Positions 51,188 to 61,600 of a DNA stretch of 64,000 nt are shown here, in pieces (position 1 is the stretch's first letter; every line of letters starts with the position of its first letter). A model generated the notes under the pieces. That model did no database searches, had not been told where the DNA came from, and saw nothing but the letters and a program-made list of their open reading frames with translations. Origin of the DNA: Nemertoderma westbladi (Eukaryota > Animalia > Xenacoelomorpha). The position numbers and the translations under genes are program-made. The stretch covers positions 1 through 64,000 of the forward strand of contig JAUCBJ010007042.1 of the NCBI GenBank assembly GCA_032718475.1, read 5' to 3'.

Positions 51188-53273
51188 TGTTAAACAAACT
51201 ACCCCGGCCTAACCAATAAAGACACAAAACTGCAAACTGCTCTATTTATTAGACAGGGCAATCAGGAGCGTATTATTGCTAATGTGAGGGGCTGCTAAAT
51301 ACAAAACCGCTACTTACCGTTAGATGGCGCTAACCTGCCGTCCGCTAATATGTTTTACTAATTTTCTACCAGTCTACGGCTCCTGCTAATTTCTTGTTCC
51401 TTTCTCTACCAATTACTCGATAGAGAGCTAACTGTTCGAATATATGAGCCACGCGGGAATAACCAAAACAACAAACCCGAATCGGCTCCCTAAGCTGACT
51501 TAAAACGAGTGTGAGAGGTTTTACACTCAGAGTATATTCTTACGCCTAATCTTACTGTTAAAGTACGCCAATGCCTACGTCTTTTCTAATCGCGAATACT
51601 GGGGGTTCCCTAACGGAATGTGTGAATGCGAGAATATTTAAAATAATCAAAGTGGTACAGTGTTTATTAGGGCTAATACCTATAGTGGGACTAAACTTGT
51701 CTGCGGCTGGCTTTAGGCCAGCAAATTACTAATGCGTTTTGCGTACTGAATACTGCTATCTAGCTTATTGCCCGCTAATTAAAATAACCGCTCAGCGTGA
51801 ATAGTTTACGGTACTCTAATTATTACCTTAGCTACTCTCCGCTATGCTGCGTACTAATTCTTAATTTTACTAATTAATTACAGTCACAAATATGTAACAG
51901 CCTAAAATACTGTATTACTTTGACCTAATCAGTAATTATTTACAGTAAACTAAGAGATAGAAATCAATCAAAGGGAAAAGAGCGCCTATCTAAGCATTCG
52001 TAATCTTAGGCACACTTTAGTAACACACCAATCAGCGTCAGCAATCACAGCTCGCAATGCGCGATTCACAATTGTACAATCCGCAATGCACGCAATTAGC
52101 AATTACACAGCACAATATAATAATTCGCAATACTGCAATACATGCAATTCGCAATTGTAAAGCACGCAGACCTCTCCCGGGTACATCTAGGCTTCCTAAC
52201 TAACCCAATTCCTGCCCCCCTAATACTAAATAGAGACAAAACCTGGATCATCAGCCCCCTAATTACTGTACCAGCGAGCTGCCCCCACGCTACAATGCAA
52301 ATTGCCCGACCGCAACGGTGACCCCCCGCCAGCGTTGCTCGCCTTTGAATCCTCCGCTCCCTTCGTCGCTAACCCCCCGATGTGCCCACCGCCCACTGGC
52401 GCCTTAGCCCTCCATTATGCTAATAGCTACCGTAGCGGCGCATGCAAATCACAAAGTCTGACAGTCTCAGAAATCCCTTAGGATTATTGCGCAGAAAGGA
52501 ATCACATAGAACCATTAATCAAAGAGTAGAAATCATAGTTCAATTGTAATTAGCAGTAATCGAAGGAATTATTGAGAAACACAAGCAAGTAATCGCACTA
52601 GCAAATCATTTCAAGAAATTAATCAAATTAGCAAATTGCAGAAAAAATAAGTATCAAGAAAAAACAGCAAGACAGGTGCTAGGGCTAGGTGTCATGTGAT
52701 GAGTTGGTGAGGCTCTACCGGCACACCGCCAATTTATAGGTGATCCGGATGGGGTGATGCAATAGGGTGACTCAATCGCTTTCTTATTGGCTCTCCAGTC
52801 CGTGCTAGCACTAGACCAACCTGGAAGCAGCTAGTCCAATAAGGAGGCCGGATTGTAGCCCTATTTGCTCCCCTTCCTCGAATTATTACCATATATGGTA
52901 ATGGTTCACGTCTCTGGCTGCTGAATGGCCAGGACAGCGTCCCTATATGCTAGCCCTACTAAAGCTAATATCAGCAAGCACGGAATCCAGGGTCCGAATA
53001 AACTTACCCTGGAACTATCTACATATTACCTAATACAAAATTACGTAGGTAGGGCTACATACTATACAAAATGGATGGATTCAAATATATGGGTGTTTCG
53101 ATTTCCCTATCTAAATACCACTGCGTTATTATGCCTTATCTAAAATATCATGCTGCACAACGGACTAATATTACATACAGTATAACGGACTAATATTGCA
53201 TACTGCATAACGGACTAATATTGCATACTGCATGATGACTAATATTATGGATACAGCGCCATATACCGTAACA
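51188..53273 (-). repeat. Putative 3' LTR (~2.09 kb)
   Basis: On -, begins TGTTA after a short purine-rich ggagcgg and ends TAACA at the satellite junction. 25-bp triple repeat at 53159-53245. The inner boundary is inferred because the 5' LTR is not visible. Confidence 0.65.
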
Positions 53274-54185
53274 CCGCTCCAAGGGAAATCATACAATGTT
53301 TCCCTCCAATTGTAGAAGAGTATAAGGTGATGTATACAAAACAAAATAAATTTCTTCCAACCAATCTAAATAACATAATAATTCTACTATTTACAAATAT
53401 TGCCATAGATATTGCATAATGAATTTACATACAAATTAAAATTACAAAATACTGTTTCTCGTTCGTTCTACATAATGATTACTACATACAAAATTAAATT
53501 ACAAAATATTACTTCCTTTATTTACTTACAAATTGACGATCTACATATTGAAATGAAACATGGCTAGGACAATGTCCCCCATTTCCCATTATTTCCAATC
53601 GGACTACAAAATAAAGGTATTTCCTTTCAATATTTTTCGGCCTTCGAAAATAAATTTCTAAAATATGGATACGACTAGTGTATATGAGTCCAGTCGAATG
53701 ATTGATCAAAACCTACGATATACATCAGAGCGACGATGATGTATATATCTAGAGTCTGTCGCTCCGTGATATTATAGTCTCATCGGCTAGCTCCTGGGTC
53801 TCTCGGGCTCGCTCCCCTCCCCAGATACACCAGTCTACCCCCTGTAGACTCTGTTGACGGCGTTCTTGAGGCGTCACTTCCCGGAACCGGCGACGACGTT
53901 CCCTGGGCACCGACGATCTCCCGACTGGTGCTCCTCCCTCGGCCTCGTCCCATTTGCCGTGTCCCTGTGGGCGCCTCCGCCAACTCCTCCTTCAACTTTA
54001 TAGAGTGGAACTGCTCGTCCTTGGCTTGACGCTTGCCAAGGACTCCTCCTTCTGGTACATGCCGCGAGCTGTGAGCTCCGGCTGTTGTCGCTGTGGGCGC
54101 GGCGGTCCTGATCCTCCACTCGTTCAGAGGTCAATGACCCCAAACGAGTCTCCTTAGGCCGCCAATTGTGCGCTGGGTAATAATT

Positions 54186-54848
54186 CTAGACGTATATATC
54201 AGAGCGACGATGATATATAAAGGATTGGACATATTCGGGCTTAATAATGCGTTCGTCGAAACTTCCCGAAATAATTTGGAGTAAATATCGTATAAACCGC
54301 GGATCTTGGATATAGTTAGTAGACGGATGGACGGCGCGAATCTCGTCTGGATACTCAGGCGTGAGCTTCCTCTCCTGGTGAAGCGAAGTGAACGTGGTCC
54401 AGGAACTCGAGTCCCGTACCGCTTCGCGCCGCGCCTCTAGATCCTTATAGGCTCGGTACAGCGAAATGGCCGCTGCCGTCTCTATCAAACTGGGTGTCGA
54501 ACAGGGTTTAATCTCCGTATACGGATCTAATGTCGTAACGGTCGGCGTAATGGGTCTCGGAGGTCGCTTTCCGCTGAAGTCGATACTGATCATCGGGTTG
54601 CTCATCGGGTAACCTCCCTCGTTATATCTAAGGAATTGGTGAGCTGGACATCGCGTTAATATCGGTTCTGGATGTTGCTCGTCTAGTCGGTCGGGAATCG
54701 TGGGTTTGTATTTCCCATTTAGCTCCATCACCGACCGCCCATGGTAGTAAACGTTCGAGTCTTTACATCCCGGTCGCGCGAATGGTAACTCCGCCTCCTC
54801 TCTGGCAGTAAATCCTCTGCGCGGTTGCGCTCTAATATCCTTCTCCAT
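54186..54848 (-). CDS. Extra ORF (220 aa from ATG) of unknown function between pol and the 3' LTR
   Basis: Uninterrupted, non-repetitive ORF MEKDIRAQPRR...IYHRRSDIYV in the same sense as pol, preceded by ctaac...attacccacag. No domain recognised. Confidence 0.55.
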   Translation of the reverse strand: MEKDIRAQPRRGFTAREEAELPFARPGCKDSNVYYHGRSVMELNGKYKPTIPDRLDEQHPEPILTRCPAHQFLRYNEGGYPMSNPMISIDFSGKRPPRPITPTVTTLDPYTEIKPCSTPSLIETAAAISLYRAYKDLEARREAVRDSSSWTTFTSLHQERKLTPEYPDEIRAVHPSTNYIQDPRFIRYLLQIISGSFDERIIKPEYVQSFIYHRRSDIYV

Positions 54849-55609
54849 TATGCCCGCGTATACACATATATATCCCAATAAGTGTTCCGTTACGCAAACC
54901 AATTACACTGTGGGTAATCAGTTAGATGTCGCCGAAGGACAGACTTCCCGAACCCCCCTTCCAGCTGCCTTCCAGCAGTTCAGGTTCGACTCTCTAGATC
55001 CCGTCTCTTCCTAACTATCCTCTAACCTATTCCCATGCATAGCGCAAAAACTTTGGAGATAAACTGGCCGTGACCAACTCACTTTTTGATGCCCAAACTA
55101 CTCCCATTACTCGTACTAAACTACAGTAGTTAGAAAGGACTATAGCCACAATACTCGACTATACCAAACCCACAGGTTTGATAATCGAACATCACACATC
55201 CTGCAAACTACTGAGTGGGGTCCATGTACGCCTCTGGTGCTACTAACCTTTAGCACCTTAGTTGCACTGTTGGCACCAATCTGTGGAAGTTGCTAAACTC
55301 AATTTACACTCCTACGTAATATAGCCGTCACCATGGTTTCTAAATGCTATTTTCCAGGCTTCACGACTTTTCAAATTACTGTTTATCTATAGACGAATTC
55401 TAAAACGCGTCTATACACAGCGTCTGGAATTGTCTTGGGTTCACTTTTCTAATTTTAAAATTTTCTAATTTTTCCAAAAATTTTTGAAAATAAAATTTTG
55501 TTTTGATACCCACCAGACAAAACTCAACGCAAATCACCACAACCCCGCTCCTATGCATTTCCTTGTATTTGCATACGAGGAATGCATACGAAGTGAGTTG
55601 CGTCCAACA

Positions 55610-58600
55610 CTAATTCTGTTTTGAGGCAGGAGACAAATTATAATCTCCCGTCTCGATACGTGTCTCCTCTAATAACACAATATCTTGGACCGGTCGGTCC
55701 AAGGTGTGTAAACCATTAGTTTTACACTTTTTTGGGTGCGGACACTTGCACCTAATTTTCACAGTGACTGTGCGCACTATGTTTTGCACGTCTGGGTGTG
55801 TGTGCAAGATCACTCCCGTCTCCCAATACTTTCTCTTGATAATCGGCTCGGTTATCAACACGTAATCTCCCCTTTGGAGACTCCGAACCGTCTTGTACCA
55901 CTTTGTTCTGGTGGATATGGTGGGAAGATAGTATTCCCGCCAATATTCCCAGAATGTGTACGCCACAAACTGTGTTACTTTCCAGCTTTTACGACTATAT
56001 AGGTCGGCACTAATGGGTTCTGATGCCGGCACAAGAAATGCTGGACTCTGCATTAGCAAATGATTCGGCGTTAATGCAACACCGTCTGGCAACATAGCTA
56101 TCGGCCTCGAGTTTAGGGTATGCTCGATTTCAATGAAAGCTGTGACCAGTTCGTCGTCGGTAAGTTGTTTGTTTACAGGCAACGTTTTGGCAATGGCCTG
56201 CTTCACAGAGCGAACTAAACGCTCCCAACTTCCTCCTCTCCAAGGACTTTCTGGAGTATTGAATCTCCACTCTACTCTTTGCGGCAAAAGTGCTGCAGAA
56301 ATTTCCTTATTCTGTGCTGCTTTATGAGCCGCGTTCAACTCGCTATTCCCTCCGACAAAGTTTGTACCCTTGTCAGAGTAGAACGCCTTTACTAGTCCTC
56401 TCCTGGCCATAAATCTCTTCAAGGCCAGGAGCAGAGATTTGGTCGACATGTCTGCCACACGCTCAATGTGTATGGCTCTACTCGCCATACATGTCAGTAG
56501 CAGACCCCATCGCTTGTGGGTCAGCCGTCCACTCTTTGCTTCAATCGGACCAAAACAATCCACCCCTGTGTTCGTAAAGGGTGGGTCATATGCCTGCACT
56601 CTCGCTTCCGGGAGTTCAGCCATCTCCTGTTCCAATACTCTGGCGTTCACTCTCTTGCAAACCAGACAGGCGTCGTACATAGTGCCTACTGCCCTGCTTG
56701 GCTGCAATAGAATGAATCGCTGTCTCGCTGCCGACAGACAGTGTAACTTTCCCGCGTGATGCAACCTCTTGTGTATATCCCATAGAATCGCTCTTTGCAA
56801 TTCTATTGGGTGACTAGGGATTATCACTGGGAACCGAAACTGTGAGTTTATGTCGACAGTCTGGATTCTCGATCTATGACAAATTAAACCCTTATGGATT
56901 AATGGACTCCATTTTCTAAGGGGTTTATAGAGAACTGGTCGTTGAGCCGATAATAGATGGAATTCTTTAGGGAAGGCACACATTTGATAATGTCTCAAAT
57001 GCCTTAATTCCGCTTGATCAATCTCATCCTCTGTCAGAGGTTGTTTCAATTTTCGAATTCGCTCACTATTGGTGCTCGTTCGTTCTCTCAAATGTTTCGA
57101 ATGTTTTAAACAAAGGTACGAAACGTATCGGCTTAACCACGCAGTTCTTTTACAAATTGTCAGCCAAGAGGCAGACGAATTTAGTAATTTGTCATAAATA
57201 CTGCATGACTCTAATGCCAGCGACGGTTGTCCGCTAATTAACGGAAGTTTCGAATCCAAACCCGCAGGTTTGGAAACCAAAGGATCCATTGTGTCGGTCA
57301 TTTTCTGTCCGTCACTTACCAACTGTGACTCCGGTTTAGTCTGTAAGGGCGGTTTTATGTCATAACTTACCCTTCCTGACCTAGTAGTCACGTAAGTCTG
57401 TTGGTCTGACAGGTCTCCGGGCCGCTCCAATGACTCTTCAGGCCGCTCCAATGACTTAAGTTTGGCTTTAGACTTTGACTTAGAGACTTTCTCCACCTTG
57501 ACTTCTGCATCTTCAGGCATCGGATTGGTCACTATCTTTAGTCGCTCTGGCCAATGTTCCTGTGTCCTCGTTAGAAAATCAGGTCCATGCAACCAAAACT
57601 CCTGCGACTCTTCCCGACAGAATTCCGCCGGCATTGCACCTCTTGAAGTTATGTCGGCCGGGTTCAACACTCCCGGACAATGTCTCCACTGTTCCTTCGT
57701 CGGAAAATCAACGATCTGAGCGCGTCTATTGGCCACAAATGTCTTTAGTGCAATATTGTCGGCCGCAATGTATACTAACACCAAGGATGCGTCCGTCCAA
57801 TAGAATAAGGTCAATGTCGTGTCTAACTCCTCAATTATTTGCTTACTTACCTCGACCGAAACTACAGCCGCCTGTAATTCTGCACGAGGGACAGTCATGT
57901 ATTTGACCGGCATTGTCTTTGATCTAGAAGTCACAAAGGCCGTCTCAAACTTGTCCTGACTTACCTCTCGGCGAAGGTAGGCTACCATACCAAAGCCGGT
58001 GTCACTTGCGTCACTGAATAAGTGGAGTTCGAGATCAGCTGGAAATACCAGCTGATTCGGAAAGTAGGATCGGGGTACATCTATATTTTTCAATAGATGC
58101 AACTCGGCTTCCCACTCCCTCCACTGTTTTGCATGTATAGGAGATATTGGTTCGTCCCACTCTAAGTCGGACAACCAAATTTTCCTCATGCACGCTCGTG
58201 CCTGTAATATAACCGGACTGATAAAGTTCATCGGGTCAAATAGTCTACTCAATGTCGATAAGCAAATCCTCTTAGTCAAAACTTTGTCTGGGCTACTGGG
58301 CTCAAATCTAACTCTTACCTGGAACTTATCTGAGTTCGGGTTCCAAGCGAGTCCCAGTACTCGCGCCATGGGGATTGGTTCTACCCCCAATTCTATGTCT
58401 CCGCTCCCGCGATCTTTTACCGGGAACGATTCTAATAGGGCCTCCGAATTAGTAGTGAACTTGGTCAGAGGAAAACCCCCTGTAGCCAAGCACTCTTGCA
58501 GGCCGTGAGCCACTTCTATGGCTTGTTCCGCCGTGTCCTTGGACACCAATCCGTCGTCCATATAGAAGTTTCTCAATATAGACTCGATTACTTCTACTGG

Positions 58601-61600
58601 ATACTTACCAATCTGGGCTGTTGCCGTTTTCTTTAGAACAAACAGCGTGCCGTTTGGACTATCGCGGGCGCCAAATATCCTAACGTACATCTGATATGTA
58701 ACCACTGGGCCGGATAAGTCTTCATTCTCATACCAGAGAAAGCGAAGGCTATCCTGGTCTGCCTTACAGGCTCTTACCTGGTGGAACATCGCCTCGATGT
58801 CACAAGTAAATGCGAATCGCCGCTGTCTAAAACGCAACAGTATTCCAATCAAATAGTTATTCAGGTTGGGACCATCCATCAACTCTGAATTCAGGGACAT
58901 ACCTCTATAGACTGCTGCGCAGTCGTTGACTACTCGGACTTTGTCTGGCTTGTCAGGGTGAGTCACATAGTGGTGTGGAAGGTAATAAGTCTGGTCTGTC
59001 ACTAAGTCAGGGTCCTCTACCTTCCCAGCAAATCCCTTGGCGAAATAGTTGTTGATCTGGGCGCAATACTTCTCCCTAATGTCCGGATTCTTCAACAACC
59101 GAGCCCTTACTCCGTTTAATCTTTTCAAGGCTAAGCTGTAGTTGTTCTCCAACTTAGGTGGTTGTCGACGCCACAACATTCCAACTTCAAAATGTCCAGT
59201 CGGTAGCAGACGTATGGTATCTTCCATCATCTCCAGCGACCGCTTCTCATCAGTAGACATGGCTAGGTCATATCCACCGGGTTCCATTGCGTCCCTATCC
59301 AGCCATTCGACGGTTCTGGCTCCTGTCTCGAGGTCCTGGCGTATCAATTCCTTCTGTAATTCCTCCTCACTGTATTGGAAAATGTCTAGGTCTCGATATT
59401 TAGCCACCTGACCCTCCACTATGTCTGTATAAGTCAAAACGTTAGTCAAATAGGTAGCGTGGGCCGCTGAACCAGACCCACGGGTCTGATAACAGTAGTC
59501 CTCGGGTTCACTATCTGTCCGGTCGTTGTGAAGTGGTTCCGACAACCTAACATTATCGGGAATCAACTCCTCGTCCGACTCGCTAAAGTCACTATAGTGG
59601 TCAATACAGGTTCTCCTAAACTCGTCTATGTCTGGTGGTTCTACTAACGGTGGTTGAATTATAGGCTGTAATTCATCGTATCTGTTCATTGGCTTGTCGC
59701 CACCTGTAAACTCATAAGACATGGGTACTCTTGTATACCAACCTAGTATGGTCCTATGGGCATGTGGTCCATTGACATGCGGCTCAGCTGGTTTCGTTTC
59801 CCATATCTGGTGTGCGATCAGCTGTTCTGCACCAATCAACATAGAAACATTCCTATAACCTACCTGGTGTCTGGGTATCCTGAGCTTGTCAAAATACTCC
59901 TGTGCTATGGGACTCATCGGCGGCACCTTACCTAACTGCCTGCCGAATCCCTTCATAGCTAGACACTTAAATCCGTCCAATGGCAAAGCTTTCCGTTCTT
60001 GTCGAGTGTGTTGGTCTCTCGGAAGTAGGGAATCAAGTTCTACCGAAATTCTGTGTCCCTTGAGGTCTCCTACCCCATGCATAGACTTCAACTCTATTTG
60101 GATCTCCTCTGCGTCCTGGAAGCTAGAAACAGCTCTCGCCACTTCTTCGTCGATATAAGATAATGTGGACGCAGTGTCCAACATCACATATATTCGCTTC
60201 GATCCCTTATCGCCAGTGAGTTTCACCGGAATCACGCTAAATATTTCCGACGTGGCCGATGATAAATACGTCCGCGCGCTGGTCGATGAACTATCCGCGG
60301 TGAAACCTTGGCAGGTCACTTCTCTTGCGCTCGACTCGCCATCTTCGTCCGACGAACCTGGTTGGTAACCATCGTCCTGGATGCCAGTATACGTATTCCT
60401 CCTTATCGATACGGGTTCTTTGCTCCCCTTCCTGTGAGGATTTCGCTGTAAGTAACGGTCCGTTGGGGTGTGGAAATCCGCATGTAGCAACTTGTGATGT
60501 AGTCTGCCGCATTCCATGCATCCGTCCTTGCTGTTCGGGCACTGCCGCCGTACATGGCCTGGCGCAAGACATGCCCAACAGGTGTCCAACGTCCGAACTT
60601 GAACTCTTCTCTGTTCCGAATTTAATTCTTTGAACCGTCTGCAACTATCTAACTTATGGTCGTCAGATCTTACCTCCTTTAGTAAACAGTATTGGCAACC
60701 TACAAATCCATCCGGCAACTCCTGTTGCTTTAACCTAGGTCTATCTAACCGCTCACCTGACCATACTCGCGAGTCTGATCTAAAGGCTGGGGTACTCGAA
60801 TTATATCTGTCTACTGAGTTATAAGTCACAGTGGTCCTGTCATCGTCAAAACTTACCATAGACTTACCGGTAACAGGTTTAGACTCCCTCATATTCTCCT
60901 CTGAGAAGTTTGATTTCATCTCTGCTACTGCGTCTGTGGCTATCATGTCATGAATATGCTGAAGTGTCAATACTTTACCTTGGCCCTCCAACTTATTCTC
61001 TAATTTGCGCCATTTCTGTCGGTAACGCATGTTTAGACGTCTTATTACGCTTTTCAAAACCTCGGCGTGATCACCATGATGAGGTAGATTCACCGTCCTC
61101 AAGATGTCCAATGCGTTCGAAATAGCGTTCGCTAAGTTCAACAGCTCTAACGGAGTTGTAATCCTTCCGCCCTTACCCAAGTCTTCTACTATCGACTGCG
61201 CCATCTTGGTTTTATTCCCGTAGATGTCACTAAGTGTCTTCATCGCTAACTCAAACGCTCTCTCGTTGCCGACGAAGTTGTCAGCAATGGCTCTAGGTTC
61301 TCGATGGAGCATCTGAAGCAAATAGTTGAACTTCTCGTTGGGAGTAAAGGTGCTGTTGGTTAGCTGCTCGTCGACATAGGTTTTAAAGGTCCTCCAGTGC
61401 TTATGGTTGCCCATAAACTTCTGGGGTTGTTGCGTCGGCAGTCCTTGCCTAGCAGCAAACTTACCTATGTCCCTAAGGGTTGCGTCGTTCCGGGTTAACA
61501 AATGGTTTAGTTCCGCAGGGTTGTTAAGTCTGGTCCTTTCCCGGTGGTTCCAACTTACCTGCTCCGCGTCCGTCCTTCTTTCCTTATAGTTTCGGGACTT

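Noticed and set aside
53718-53780. Hammerhead ribozyme
   Set aside because: The minus strand has CTGATGT rather than CTGANGA, and there is no correctly placed GAAA core.
54186-54902. env gene
   Set aside because: Too short, with no signal peptide, furin site, fusion peptide or TM helix visible.
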